A DNA stretch of 64,000 nucleotides from Parasitella parasitica NRRL 2501 (lineage: Eukaryota; Fungi; Mucoromycota), in NCBI GenBank assembly GCA_025201805.1, contig MU619251.1, forward strand, positions 1-64,000, read 5' to 3'. Below are positions 13,074-27,383 of this stretch, in pieces. Within the stretch, counting starts at the first letter, position 1. Every line of letters begins with the position of its first letter. Position numbers and translations under genes: made by a program. The notes beneath the pieces were generated by a model. It did no database searches, had not been told where the DNA came from, and saw only the letters and a program-made list of their open reading frames with translations.

Positions 13074-13696
13074 AGTTACTATGCCGTATTACATTATAAT
13101 GACCAAGTAAAATAATTATATGCATTGTTCCCTATTGGGTTTTTTTTGACTCTGAATAAATTTGTTTCTTTAATCATTTGTAAATGATCACTCCTCCATA
13201 TCCCACATTAACTAGAACATTTACTAGTAATTACTCAAGTCAATGTCCTAATGGATTTTTAATAAATAGGAAAACCAAGTTCTATAGTTTATGAAGGCGA
13301 AATTAGCCTAAGTGTTATATTTACTTATGATATGAAAACCACTGCTTCCCGTTGGCGAATTTGTGCGCACTTTTCATTGATGCAGATGTTTTTATTCGAT
13401 AATGGCCCTCAGTCAATCCCATTCTTTCTCGGTTCTACTACTGTTTATTTGGCAAAAGTTACGACCAAAAATTCCGCAAAATTGATATAGACATTGCCCA
13501 GTGAAAACCAAGTTATCATGCCTGATTTACTGAAGCATAGAAAAGGCTTTCTTTTGCTCTTTTTCGAAGCCTATCAGCGATTATTATTGTTATGTCAAAA
13601 GACTGATAAAATGAATCTGCCAAAGGTTACACTTTTATTCATAATACATCTTTCGATGTGTTATATACACATTCATTACACTAGGGTTTTACTGTC

Positions 13697-14760
13697 TATG
13701 TTGAGATCTGCAAGATCGAAATAAGAAAAGTATTATATAAAACGTTGAATTAACGAAATACGAAAACTTGAGATTACTTTATTAAAGATTCAACTTTGCA
13801 TCTGCTATTTATACTTTTTACAACTACATAAATTTTTGGTGACTTATTTGAAATACTAGTCGACACTAATCGATAAGAATAATTTGCAAGCAACATCATA
13901 TCCTTAACAGGGTACGATGTTTTATTATACTACAGGGCTATTGATCTTTGATCTGACAATACCTTATTGTTTGTCAATCATACAGATCTGTGTTACAGAT
14001 AACCTTCATGTTATTGATATAACAAAATATACAGATTTATTTTATACGATAATACATCCAAGGTCTTTCTACTTTCCGCTTTTATATTCTAATTTGATCT
14101 GCCATCATTTAAAATAGAAGACCGTGATTATGTACTTCAATTTTGAAGATTGGAGATTGCCCAAAGGATGTAGTATTATACTTGTCAACACAGGAGAATG
14201 AAGTCTTTGTTTCAAATCAAGAAGGTTATCTGTATCGCCGATCTGTGTGATTGACAAACAATAAGGTACTGTCAGATCAAAGATCAATAGCCTTGCAGTA
14301 TAATAATACATTGTACCCTGTGTCGGTTTTCGCCTATTAATGGAAGGTTGAATCTCATCTCAATTCCAATATTGACACTGACATTCAAATGGAATTGTAT
14401 AAAGACTTTTAGAAACCAGGACCAGAGCAATCCTGGCTTCCTTTTCAATCTTTTATAAAGACCCTACGTTCTCCGTGATATAATCACTTGTAGTCTCTTT
14501 ATTTAACTGTCTTTGGAAATAATCGTTATTCATATAACTCTCACCCTGCCAAGGATATGACGTTGCTTGCAAATTACTCTTATCGATTAGTATCGACTAG
14601 TATTTCAAATAAGTCACCAAAAATGTATGTAGTTGTAAAAAGTATAAATAGCAGATGCAAAATTGAATATGTAATAAAGTAATTTCAAGTTTTTGTATCT
14701 CGTTAATTCAACGTTTTGTTTTATACTTTTCTTATTTTCGATCTTGCAGATCTCAACATA
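13697..14760. mobile_element. Non-autonomous foldback/MITE-like element with ~310-bp imperfect inverted arms
   Basis: 13697-14007 is the reverse complement of 14221-14320 joined to 14549-14760; termini TATGTTGAGATCTGCAAGATCG and CGATCTTGCAGATCTCAACATA. Confidence 0.85.
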
Positions 14761-15943
14761 ATTTTTTATCGCAATGTAAATGATAACTCTGTTTGCTGGT
14801 CGTGAAAAATCAAGGGGACACTATCGCATTTACCTATATAGTATATTTAAGATCTGCCAAGATCGAAACAAAAAAAAAAGTATAAATTAGGATGCTATGT
14901 TTGCTGTATTCATAGAATACCATGGTTACTACTACTTCAACTCAGTTGCAATGACAACTGTTCCTGATCTGATCTAAGGCAAAATTTCATCGATTATTCT
15001 TTTTAGTAAATAAAAGTAATCGATAGGATCTCTTTTATACGAAACCATCTTTCTGGTTTCTACTTATTCTAAATTGCAAAGCTCAACTTATATCGATGAA
15101 TGATTCACTTTCATCACGATTAACTGATCTTGCTCTGACAACTACTGTGTTATAATCTTGTTTGACAATTAAATATCAAACATGGCCTGATTGTATTTTA
15201 TAATAAATTGATTCAGAAAGATTTATTCTGATAAAAATAGACTGCCTCTTGTCAATCAATAAATCAATAGTTTTGTACCTGTTAAATTAAGTCTTTATTA
15301 CTTTCTTATATTCTTTACATCACATTCAATCACTTGCTGTGCTCATTTTCAAGACCTGGAAAAACACTACTAAATTTGTAGATACCAATGAAAATACTAA
15401 TAAAAATGATGTTATTAAATATTGCTGATCTTTCCCTTGTGCTTTCCAGGGTAGAACTTGGTTCTAAGGTTTATTATTTAGCAGAAGTTTTACGACCAAA
15501 TGTCTCTGCTGCAAATTTCTGTTAATTATATTTTGAAAATTAAAAATGCTTCAGTACATATAACTTTTGTTGTTTGAAATATTGCCCAGTAATAATTAAC
15601 TGTTTATGTTCTGCATCAAAGCTCATATAAGTAATGCTCATTGTGCGCCTACAGGTATCGGTTTAACCTACGTGTACGCTCTATTTTTCGGCCAAAAATG
15701 AAACTATAAGTTCCAAGATTTTATTTTAAGGTATATTTACCATTGATTTTTATGAGAACATGTTAAGCTATAGATGTTGCTATGTCTTACTCCTCAATTC
15801 GAAATGGGCACTCACGGGCAAAGCATGTACCTGCGGTGATAGTACGGTTTGGCAGGAAATTTAACTTGAGCAGGTATGCTTTTATCGTTCGTTTTCAAAT
15901 CGCGCCTCAAACCTTCATTGCTAAACATCTCATATTGAGTATC

Positions 15944-16709
15944 TCAACAGCTAGAAGTCTTCCAAGACGTCGGTCTTGTCACTAAAATTACTACCAAGAC
16001 ATTTCGACAAGCCTGTGCTTCCGCAACTGTCGCCCCAGCATACTTGTCTTCCATCGCGTCCACCCACTGGCAATTGTTTTGGAGTTTATGTCTAACGATG
16101 GTACAGAGAAATGTAGTCTACCGCTTTATCAACAACTGCATCCCTCACAAAGCCCGTTTAAACCGTATCTTTCCGGAACTCCATCCTTCCAACCTTTGCA
16201 TGATCTGCTCCTCCTCAGTTGATTCCAGTGAACACTTTTTGTTTGACTGCCCTGCCAAAGCATCAGTTTGGCAGGCTGTGATATTTGAGTTTCTCTGGCC
16301 AACTGTCACCATTTCCGACATCATCCTGGCAATTAGATCGTTTGATTTTTACAACATTCGGTACAGTCAACGAAATGGGGTACCAGCGTCGGTCATCGTA
16401 TTCATTACCTTGGCCAACATTTGGAGATCCCATTTTCGCACTGTATTTGACCGCACACTCTTCACCACAGCAGCAGTATTGGCCGGTATCCGACTCGATA
16501 TTTCAAAACGTATCGATGAAGATCATGTCCATACACTGTTGTGATCATGCTCTTATGAGCTTATTTTTGTTCTTTTTTTATTAACCGTTTATTTAGCCTT
16601 GACATATGTATTATCTTATTAGTTACCAAATCATTTTGCGCCCGTCTCTTGAGGCAGTCTCATCACTGTTCTTTACGCGGAGCAATCAATAAAAACCTTT
16701 AAAAAAAAA
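15944..16709 (+). mobile_element. 5'-truncated L1-like non-LTR retrotransposon (zf-RVT end of ORF2, 3'UTR, poly-A)
   Basis: W..FW..L..CMIC....DSSEHFLFDCP zinc motif; A10 tail; 12-bp TSD ATATTGAGTATC at 15932-15943 and 16710-16721. Confidence 0.9.
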
Positions 16710-17000
16710 ATATTGAGTATCCAATTTGGGTAATACAGAGCGTTCGTTGTCAAGGGTTGAATTTTGCATCGAATCATAATACAGGTTGTAGCACTATTTA
16801 TATACAATTTTATTCTAGTAGAAAATTAAACGAAAATATTGTAATAATCAGTCAAATCAAAGTAGTTGCTTGATGGCCTGTTGAGAAATAGGTCGACAAT
16901 GTTTAGTGTTTAAAGAGAGAAAATTGGCCCTGGTTTATTGAATTATGTTAAATACCAGGAGATGTGCAAAAATGTGCTTTGTAATTCACTGTAATTCAGC

Positions 17001-17032
<32 letters not shown>

Positions 17033-17574
17033 GATAAATTGAGACAGCAAAGGTGTATATCCAGAATCAAAAAGTGAGCAATTATCTTACTAGCATTAGA
17101 GTGTACCCTGCAGGTTACCCTAAAGTTGAGAAATTGTGGTTTTTATAATTAATTTATTTATTATGGTGGGAATTCATCGGATAGGAAGCATTTGGTGCGT
17201 TTCATAGTACTTGATTCGGTTGGAAATTGTAGCATCTACTCACAAACGTACCCTGTAGCGTTTTTATTGCCATAGTACGGTAGTAGTTGTTGTACGATAG
17301 ATATTTCACGTTCTAGGTTTACAAAAACCCATCAAGGAATCCTGATGTATAATCATCATATAGCGTATATTAAGGTGTTTAGCAGTTTTCATTTGCTGCA
17401 GGATCAATGTGAGCTGCTATCTACAGATACGGTTTATGGCATCATCCTGTTTAGTGATATCATACAAAATAATACCATGACGCGGTAACTAAACTTTGCA
17501 GGATGATCATGGTACCTGTGTGGGGGCCACCAGCATTCATTTTAAACACTCTTTCTTCTTCTTTTGAGCAAAAA

Positions 17575-19220
17575 ATGTCAACAAACCAAAATCAAGCTGT
17601 TGTAGGTATAGTTGGCGGTGGTCTTGTAGGTGCATTGAACGCAATCTATTTCGCTCAAAGAGGCTGGAAAGTCGAGCTTTATGAGCTTCGCCCTGGTAAA
17701 GTATCGCCTTTGGTATATAGTATTTGCAGGTGACTGATGTTTCTCACTTTTCATGATAGATATGCGACTTCCAATCCATAGAGAGAGCAGAAAAGGAAAG
17801 TCTATCAACCTTGCCCTTTCAGAAAGAGGTCTCAGCGCATTGAGAGGCACTGGATTAGATCTTGAAAAGACAATTTTGGAAGCATCTGTGCCCATGAGAG
17901 CTAGAATGGTTCACACCGGTAAAAATGGAACGCAGATGTCTCAAGCTTACGATGTCAATGGCCAGGTAAACTTGCATTGAAATGCCAAGCTCCTATGGCC
18001 TAATTTCAATTGTTTAGCACATCAACGCCGTCGACAGAGCTAGATTAAACGAACTTTTGTTGGATGAAGCCGAGTCATTAGCCAATGTGACAGTTCACTT
18101 TGAGCATCGATTGGTGACAGCCGACTTTGACAACAATACTGTAAACTTTATGACAAGGTAGGTCGGCACGAAAGGTATCAGTCGATCGTAAGGAAGATTA
18201 TTGAGTATTTTTTCTTTTTTTTTTTTCCATAGCGATGGAGAAAAGACGTACAAAAACGACCTCGTCATAGGCGCAGATGGCGCATACTCCAAAACCAGAG
18301 CTCAAATGATGCGTCATATGAGAATGGATTACAACCAGGAATACATTGACACTGGCTATTGTGAATTGTCCATGCCTCCTGCTAAAGGGGCTGATGGCAA
18401 GCCTACTTTTGCGTTAGATCCTAATCACTTGCACATCTGGCCCAGACATACTTTCATGTTGATTGCTCTCCCTAACCCTGATTTTTCATTCACTTGCACC
18501 TTATTTATGCCTTTTCAAATGTTTGAGGATATCAAGACAGAAGAGCAGCTTATGGCATTCTTTTCCGAGAACTTTAATGACTCTATTCCGCTTATTGGAG
18601 AAGCTGACTTGAAGTCTGATTTCTTTGCTAATCCTCGAGGCTCCTTGGTCACCGTAAAAGCCTCTCCTCACAATTACAAGGACAAATCTATCATTATCGG
18701 CGACGCTGCTCATGCCATGGTTCCCTTTTATGGCCAGGGCATGAATTGCGGATTTCAAGACGTTGAGGTCCTGCACCAAATTCTAGATCAGCATCAGGTC
18801 AAGCCGCAATCAAATAAGGATGGCGTGATTGTGGGCCTGGAAAAGGCACTGAATGATTATTCCAAGATTCGTGTCAAGGATGCTCATGCCATTTGCGATT
18901 TGGCCATGTACAATTATTATGAGATGCGCCATGCTGTCACTTCTTACAAGTTTTTGGCTAGAAAGAAATTGGAGGGTGCTATTCATTCTGTATTTCCTCG
19001 CTTAATTATACCTTTGTACACCATGGTTAGTTTCTCGACACTCCCCTATTCGAAGGCTATCGACCGCTGGCATCGACAGACTCACTGGTTAAATTTCGCC
19101 ATGATATCCACTACTGTGATTGCAGCCTCCGCTGCTATATTGGTTGTATTCAAAAAGAGAGACCATTTCATGTTTTCTATAACCCGTGCTATTGAATCAG
19201 TTAGAAAATCAAGACAATAA
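17575..19220 (+). CDS. BNA4: Kynurenine 3-monooxygenase; exons 17575-17695, 17760-17965, 18018-18157, 18233-19220
   Basis: GGGLVG FAD motif, [37 protein letters not shown]-terminal TM anchor. Confidence 0.97.
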
Positions 19221-19509
19221 AATATAGTATGCAACAGATGCCAATATGACTGATATCATGAATACATAAAATTCATGGTGTAAAATAACTCAAGATCAAA
19301 TGATTTATGCTAGATATACTTTATGCATACAAATGCATACAGCTTTCCCATGTACTAAACAGCAAGGTAATTTGTCGTTTCTGATTGTGTTAGAGTCAAT
19401 ACTATCCGCTGCATATATCCATGAATGGGACCAATTTATTATCATTAATTTATATAGAGGATGCATTTAACAAATACCTATTTCTTTTTGACTCGATGCG
19501 ATATTCTGT

Positions 19510-20284
19510 TTACATGGCAGAATATACAGTTTGAAAATGAAACATCGGCAGGTCTTTAGTAAATGTTCTTTTCCATGTCTGTATTGTGCTTCCATAATCA
19601 CTGACCAGAAAGACCCGTGATCTTCTGGGCCAGCCTAAATGTTCTGCGCCGTAACCGCCCACACCAGCACCGCCAGCATAGCATAGCTGGATACCCTCCT
19701 TTTCCAAGCAGTAGTCGTTGACATGATCATGTCCACTGGAAAACATCACTGGATTTACTATTTCACGTTCAAAAAGTCAAATCCACACAAAACCTACCAA
19801 GATGTTACTTTAATATCCCCAGCTATCCATGTAATGGGCTTATTAGCAAAAAGTTTGGCATGAATACACATGGATTTGTTTGCTTGTATACCTGTTTTGA
19901 ATGCCTCAAGAGCAGATAGCTTATTCTTTTTGGGGCTGGATACCTCTTCACGAGCGTCACCTAATTTCACAACAGGCTTATTGTCGTTCTCCTGATGGTA
20001 TTCCCTGTGTGTGTTGCATAAATCATAGGTGGGTCTTTTTATATATTCACAAGGCAGTGGTGCAATGCTCTTACCAAATAGGGATGTGAAAGAATGCAGC
20101 AGCAGCAGGGCTTGTGGGAAGCTTTTGAAAAGTAGAGGCAGATGCAATAACCCAATCGAGCTGCTCAGATTTGATGAAATCGTACCCATCTTGACCCTCT
20201 TCCAATGGATAAGCATGGGAGTCGAGGAAGTACATTGTAAAATCATGGGCGCTATGGTACAAGCTTGTTAACGTTATATTCACT

Positions 20285-20320
<36 letters not shown>

Positions 20321-22053
20321 GCCAATCCAAACTTACGCCGAATTCGTGTTGTTTGAATACACTTTCAATATGTAATTGCCTATGCCTGGAAGATCTACTG
20401 GGCCACGTTCTGTCAAAGAGTAGGGCATACGCTTCATAACTTCAAGCAGCTCTTCTCTGGTAAGGTCATTTTCATCGTCGTGATTACCAAACACAACAGC
20501 CCAGGGGATCTTTCTTTTGACGACAGGTTCCGCAAACTTGAAAGTAGCAGCTCTGGCATCACTAACACCTCCTCCATTGATGTTGTCTCCAGAAAATACT
20601 ACGAGATCTGGTTCTTCTCGATCCAACATTCTTTCCATGTATTCAATTGTGGTGGCATCTCCATTGCAATCCATCTAAGAAAAGTTGGGCTTAGTGCCCC
20701 AGAGCATAAAGTACATGGTTTACTACATGCAGCATTACATACATCCACAGGAATATCTTGGCATGATCCTTCCTCATTTGTAAAATGCAAATCTGCCAAT
20801 TGCAAAATCTTGAATTCTCCATTATCATTGAAAGACAAAGGCTTCAGTTTTGGTAGCGCTGAAGCCTGTCTGTTAACAACAAGAAAAATACCCCTACCCC
20901 ATCTTCAGCTCTACGTACCTGTAAATCCTTTCTTAAAGTACAAAAAAGTAGGCTCGCCAAACCCTTCTTTACCTTCTTTTGCGCTGTTCAGGTCTACATT
21001 GATTTTGGACCATCCAAAAGGTGTAACAGCATATTTGCCAAATTCAATGGCCAACTCTTGTACAGCATCTCGCTTGACATCTGGATTGGATGGAGTAGTT
21101 TTGTACCATAAATAAATGGCATCGCCTCGGAGGATTGAATTCAAATTGACATCCACTTTTGTATAGCCTTGGGGCGGCGTTTGCTTGTTTAGAATCACTA
21201 CAACACTGTGCATGTGTATATTCGTGTTGAGTAGATGTATTACACTTTATACAGGGCATGGCAGTATTTACTCTGTAACAGGATCTGCCCTGGATTCTCT
21301 CTTGTAAAAAAGATAGACGCTCATCCCAACCACGACACCTTTGTTTAAATCCTTCTCCACTCTCTCCCAACCCTACCAACAGACATTTGGATCGTGATGC
21401 ATAGCAAAGTCAACTTGGGAAACTTACGTCCATAAAGCAGTTACTAGTAAAGCACTGTTTTGCAGTAATTGATGTTATTGGATCTACAGTGATCTGGTTG
21501 GTTGCTTTGCACTAGTAAATCGCATGCTGTTGGACTCACTTTTTGGACCATCTTGGCTGTAATACATGAACAGAGGAAAACCAGCTACACCTTGATTCAA
21601 ATCAACTGGAATCCGTTTATACTCTGCAGAAACCAGAGGACTTGTGCCTTGCTTGACGATTATAGACGTGATTGGATTCTTTGAGATCGATATGTCTTTT
21701 GTATAGTAGAGCCACAACGATGTCTCGTCGTGTTGCTGCTGCCCACTGTTCAAGTCGACGTTGATTTTGGTCCATTTAGCAAGGTTGGGTATATGGGAGT
21801 CGTTGTTTCCTTGCACTATCTGCAGTTCAGTGATTGGGCTTTGGTCATCATGTTGTTTATAATGAAGATAAACAGAACCGGCGCCATCAACTCCTTGGTT
21901 CAAATCTGTTGGTATTTTGTAGTAGCCAGGGTAGTTGGCGCAAGCGTGGTTGGCATCACAAGATACAATCTTTATGTCAGTAATATAGGCATTAGAGGCT
22001 AAAGCTAGGCTCGATATTAGCAACAACACTGCTGTCAAGCGAAATTTCGTCAT
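19510..22053 (-). CDS. Secreted DCR2/SIA1-like calcineurin-type metallophosphoesterase with N-terminal repeats (multi-exon)
   Basis: FKILQLADLH, PDLVVFSGD, FGNHD, GHDHVNDYC motifs; signal peptide; repeated KI.VDLN.G...YL.Y units. Confidence 0.88.
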
Positions 22054-22580
22054 CAGTTAGTTACTATGGAAAAAGAGAATGGTATTTTGCAGTGGTGTTG
22101 GTGGTGTGTGTGTGTGAGAGAGAGAATTGGAATACCGCATTCATTCAATCTGTTGATGCTTCAGTGATTGACAACATTGGAGCGTGTAATGATAACGAAT
22201 GATGTGCGTGTCATACAGTCTATTGGCTCCAGTTGTAAATAGAGCCGATCGGCTTAGTAAATCAAGACTAAAAGATAAATAAACATGCTTCCATGCCCTG
22301 TGTTCCTTTTTTCATATCTTGGAAGCAAGAACCATGGCCAGGTTTTGAAACGAGAGAAAGCGTTGATTCCTTGGTTTTTGTTGTTGTTTTTTTCCCTTTT
22401 GTCATTTCCTCTACTTTTATATAGTCGTATCATTAAGAAGTATATGTAAGTTTAAAAATAAACAAAAGTGGCGTTTCGTTACACATTTCGATGGATAAAT
22501 AGCTTGCGCTTAAATTCTAATTCATTTTCCTTTGCATCTCTGCTTCTTGTTCTGCCTGGCCTTACATTTCACCCTAAAAC

Positions 22581-25500
22581 ATGTCTCCTTCTCCAAAAGA
22601 TATCCGAAAAAGCCCTTCGCTGGAAAACCTGTACAAGGATCTGCACCTCTACATGAAGGAACTAGATAAAGAAGCTGTAAGTCAGATAAAAACGACCTTT
22701 TGACTAGACTAGACTAAAGGGCCGTAAATGTAGACTGCAACATCAACGCCTGCAAACACCAAGAATACCGAGCCAAAAAGCACACAACCCCCCTTCAGCT
22801 TCAAGATAGCAGGCGCCCTGATGGACGATACCGACGCAAGCAGCAGCTCTTCAGCGACAATAGCCTCCACTTCCACTGCTCGGATATCTTGCTCGGACGA
22901 TCAATGCCACGACAAAGACAAACCACCTGCCCAATTGGCAAACCCAGCAACCGCCTTCCTGTCAGAGCTGTCGAAGCTGTTTGTGCTAAGGGTAAAGGCA
23001 TTGATAAAGTCTCGAAACATATTCTGTTCGACCGAATACCCGAAAAGCTTCACTGGACAAGAAGCTGTGGATACCCTCATTCTTATTATAGGTCTCGACT
23101 GGAGCAGAAAGGAATACAGGGACCTGGCACGCTTGATGATGCATATTCAAGACCCAGCACTATTCTCGCCCATTGCGTATTCCTATAAATCGCTCAATAA
23201 CAACACACTCTACGATTCTCCAAACGAGGCATATTCCCTGGGTGAAGGCATACAAGATGACAACACGGCGTTTACTCAGTCATTAATCATGCCATTGATG
23301 GACTGTTACACCCCACTCTGTATTAAAGGTGCATCGAATGGCTGCTATGCTCCCACCTGTCCAAACAGAGGCACTCAACTACTCTTCAGATCCAACATTA
23401 TCAATGTATGTAAGCAACAGCGGCATGTCTATAAACATCTTGACGACAGACTGATCTTTTCGTATACCGTAGAAGGAGTTGCAAAGAAACATGTCGCTAA
23501 CGTCTTCCATGGCATCGTCTCAGGACACGGTAAATTTACAGACTCAAAAAAAAAAAAACTCTCACTTTATCATTTACTGATAACCGATTTGCATATAGCT
23601 GGTATCGAGATGCTGGTCAAACACGGTATCACGTGAGGTACTGCAGAAAACCTCTTCCAGAGAGATGAAGAGACAGGAGGCTATATACGAGATGATTTAT
23701 ACAGAAGAAGACTACGTTCGAGATCTCAACTTACTGGATGAGGTATGTGCTTTTTTTTTCAGTTTGCATGATACACAACAGGCAAACTCATTCTCTACTC
23801 TCCGCGTGCATATGGTAGTTGTTTGCAAAACCACTTGTACAAGCGCAGTGTATAGAACTTGAAAGACGTCAAGCGTTTTGCAACGAAATATTTGGGAATT
23901 ATGCAGAAATCGCAGAGATACACCGCAACATGTATCGAGATTTGCGAGATCATCAGCTAGCAAGCCAAGAAATGGACCTTGAGGCTGGAGGCGTTGGCTT
24001 TGTAGACGAAATTGGGAGCATAGTGCTTCGCCATGTCGATCAATTTATGCATGCCTACACAACGTATGGCCCGCATTTTATCTTGGCTGAATATGCTGCA
24101 AAGAGAGAGGCGGCCAATAACATTTTATTTCAGAACTTTATCCGAGAAAAGGAAAAACAAGCAGAGACGAGAAAGTTGCCCTTCCGCCATTTCATCATTC
24201 TACCCATCACACGGTTGCAGCGCTATCCTCTACTGCTCGATGCCATTCTGAAACGAACAGTAAACGAAACTGAAAAGCAGACACTCACGAAATGCATTGA
24301 GGGCATCAGAGCTGTCGCTTCCATCGTTGATAGCTTGACAGCAGAAGCCAAGAAAGTGCTGCGTTTGCGAGAGATTAATGACAAGATTCGCTTCAAACCA
24401 AATTATCCGTCCTTTGATTTGGACTTGCTAAACCCCGGCCGGCAGTTAGTGTATGAGGGCTCCCTGAAGCGTCGCTCACATCTGGTGGTTGAATCTGTCG
24501 ATATTCATGTCTTCCTATTTGACCACTTACTGCTGATGACGAGACCAAAGTGCTCTTCAGACGTCTCGAAAGAAGTAGAGTACTACATGCTCTCCAAAAA
24601 TCCAATACCGCTGAGCTTGCTGGTTGTCAATGATGTGGCCGAGAATTTCATCTTTAGCCCCTTCAGATCCACCAAGGGGGTGAACATAAGCAGCGCCAGC
24701 ACTGCTACTCTGTCGTCTTTGATACCCTCGTCACCATTGACGCCGCAAACAGTTCCACTTCAAAGCTCGGCAGTGGCAACGACAACGGCGTCCATAGCAG
24801 CCAACACTCAGTATATAAATCAATCCTCACTCAATATCCGACACCTGGGTAGACATGGAGGAGAATATATTTTGTACACAGAAACCCCAAGCTCGCGTTT
24901 GATCTGGAAGGAGAATATCATACGGGCGCAGTCTGATTTGGCATTGAAGGAAGAGCCCAACAATGCTTTTAAAGTATCTACCATCAGCGACGCTAAATTT
25001 GCTATACAGATTTCGTTCGCTTTATCTTTGCTTTATTTGATTTGTATAAACTATTGCACTGTCAGGAACACCGAACAACCATGGAAAAGTGACATGTATT
25101 GCCTCATTTGGTAAGTGACAAGTAGTGCTATTCACAAACAACATGGATAAGAAGATGTACGGTATGCTCATTTGTTTGTATATGTTTACGTTTCATAAAT
25201 AGTCGGGAGCAAAGGAATGAACATGGTGGCACTTGGTACACAGCAAGGCATTTGGATGGGAAAGGAAGGTGATACAAATGGCTTGACAAGAGTCTTGACG
25301 GTGAATGATGTAACACAGATCGGTGTGCTGGAATCACAAAATATCTTCTTGGTGTTGGCTGGTAAGTGATATAAAAAAGCTTTCTTTTTGTATATGGATT
25401 AATAAGCGGGCATTACAGACAAAGCATTAACAGCGTATCCTCTGACCCAACTGGACCCTACTTCGCCTGCATGCATTTCGACGTCCTTCAAAAGTAAAAA

Positions 25501-26448
25501 GACAGCAGCTTCAGCAGAGAAAGGTGCCGTGAGCTTTAGAGTGCTGGGAAATCGCGTTTCCTATTTCAACTCTGGCACTTGTAATGGAAGAACACTAATT
25601 GTCGCCATGAAAAGAAAAGGGCCTGACAGCCATTTCAAAGCATACGAACCGATCTGTGGCGATTTAAATGACTCGAGGAATGCAAAGTATTTGGTAACAA
25701 AGTCTTCATTCATGAGCAAGCCTGCATCGTGGTTCAAAATATGCAAGGTGAATAGTAAATTAGAATACAGTTGGCATGGCAGTGGTGCTAATCTACTTGT
25801 AGGAATTTTATATTGGCACTGCTTCTTCAGCAGTGCACTTTTTGAAGTCCAAGCTCTTGGTAGCTTGTAGTCGAGGCTTTGAAATCATTGATCTAGATCA
25901 TCTCAGCGAAGTTGCGCCAAATCTTCCGGATTTGAAGCATCGCGATTTCCATTTCATTGCTGCAGACGCAAAACCTTTGAATATATTCAGATGCAACGAG
26001 AACTTTTTAGTGTGCTATGATAAGTTTGCTTTTATGATTACTACGCATGGTGATTATGTCAAAGAGTTTAAAAGGTAAATACATTGCACATATCGAGTAG
26101 AATCGACGTACTAACATTACCACAGAATCGACTGGGAGGGCCATCCTCATGCAGCGGCGTATCATCATCCTTATGTGCTAGCATTCGACCACAGATTTAT
26201 AGAGATTCACCATGTTGAAACAGTAAGTAATTGTGCACGCAGATCATATGCTTGTATATGTATAATTGGATTAACGCTCATCACAGGGCAAGCTGGTGCA
26301 AGTTGTTGTCGGTGATAACACTCGCCTATTGACCTCATCTTTCAATAATACAAATACAACCACATCCAATATTTATGGTCTGATAACCCATCAATTCAGA
26401 ATAGAATACCAGCATATCTTTAAGCTAGAGCCCCTATTTTCATCTTGA
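22581..26448 (+). CDS. Rho1 GEF of the ROM1/ROM2 family (DEP-like, DH, PH, CNH), multi-exon
   Basis: KRQEAIYEMIYTEEDYVRDL, PITRLQRYPLLL, HVFLFDHLLL, CNH-type C-terminus. Confidence 0.9.
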
Positions 26449-26822
26449 TTTATGTATAGCATATCCTCTCTCTTTTATACTTGCAATTTTAGTAATTGGC
26501 AACCAACAACTGCAAACGTTTTTAGAAACACAAGGAAATAAAACTAAATCTTCATTGTACATGTAACTATAAATCTGTGTGGCCTTGTCATATACTAGGC
26601 ACTTATAAAGAAACCGGAGAAAGGCATACTAGATGGTGCCAAAACAGATATTCCATGCATACTATTTCGTGATTTTATTTGATGACAAGCCAACTAAAGT
26701 GCAATTCCAACTTTGCCAACATTTTGTTAGACTCCAATTAAACAGCTATGCTCATCCCGAGGTGTACTTTTAAGCGAAAAATGCTCATGAACTAAATTTA
26801 TTAACTGCTACAACTTAAAGTT

Positions 26823-27108
26823 TTATAATCTAGAGTCAATATTATACTTTGTATGAGAACCCGAGTAGCATAAACGGTTCTTTTGGTCGTAGACTTTTGT
26901 AAAGATGTTGGCCAAGTTCTTTCCAACTCTTTGCACTTCACATTCAAGACGGATAACATCACCTTCAGACACACCGCTTAAATAAGCTACTGAAAGATCT
27001 GTCGAGACGCCAATCATGCTCCATTGCTTTCCTGTGCCCACTAAAATTGCAAAACTACTGCAGATATCGATCAATGTAGCCACACAACCACCATGAAGAT
27101 TGCCTAGC

Positions 27109-27148
<40 letters not shown>

Positions 27149-27383
27149 TTGCTAGATGTTAGATTTCCCCTCCTGCATACACAGACAAAGCACTCAACTG
27201 ATTACAATGGCGTTCCTCAACTTTGAATTCCCAAGTCAGGACATTGGGCTTGGCGGCAGTGATACTAAGATACTTTTCAACGCCATGCTCCCAAAAAGTA
27301 GGACCGTCTGCCTTTTTGTTGTAATAGTCCACCATGTCTTGGAGCTTGGGGTATTTAGTGGCAGCATCTTTAGTAATTTGCAT
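26823..27383 (-). CDS. PaaI/ACOT13-like hotdog thioesterase (2 exons)
   Basis: HCNQL.NLHGGCVATLID..GVSTDLSVAYL..GSHTK. Confidence 0.9.
27113..27146. repeat. (TA)n microsatellite in intron
   Basis: About 17 TA units. Confidence 0.9.
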
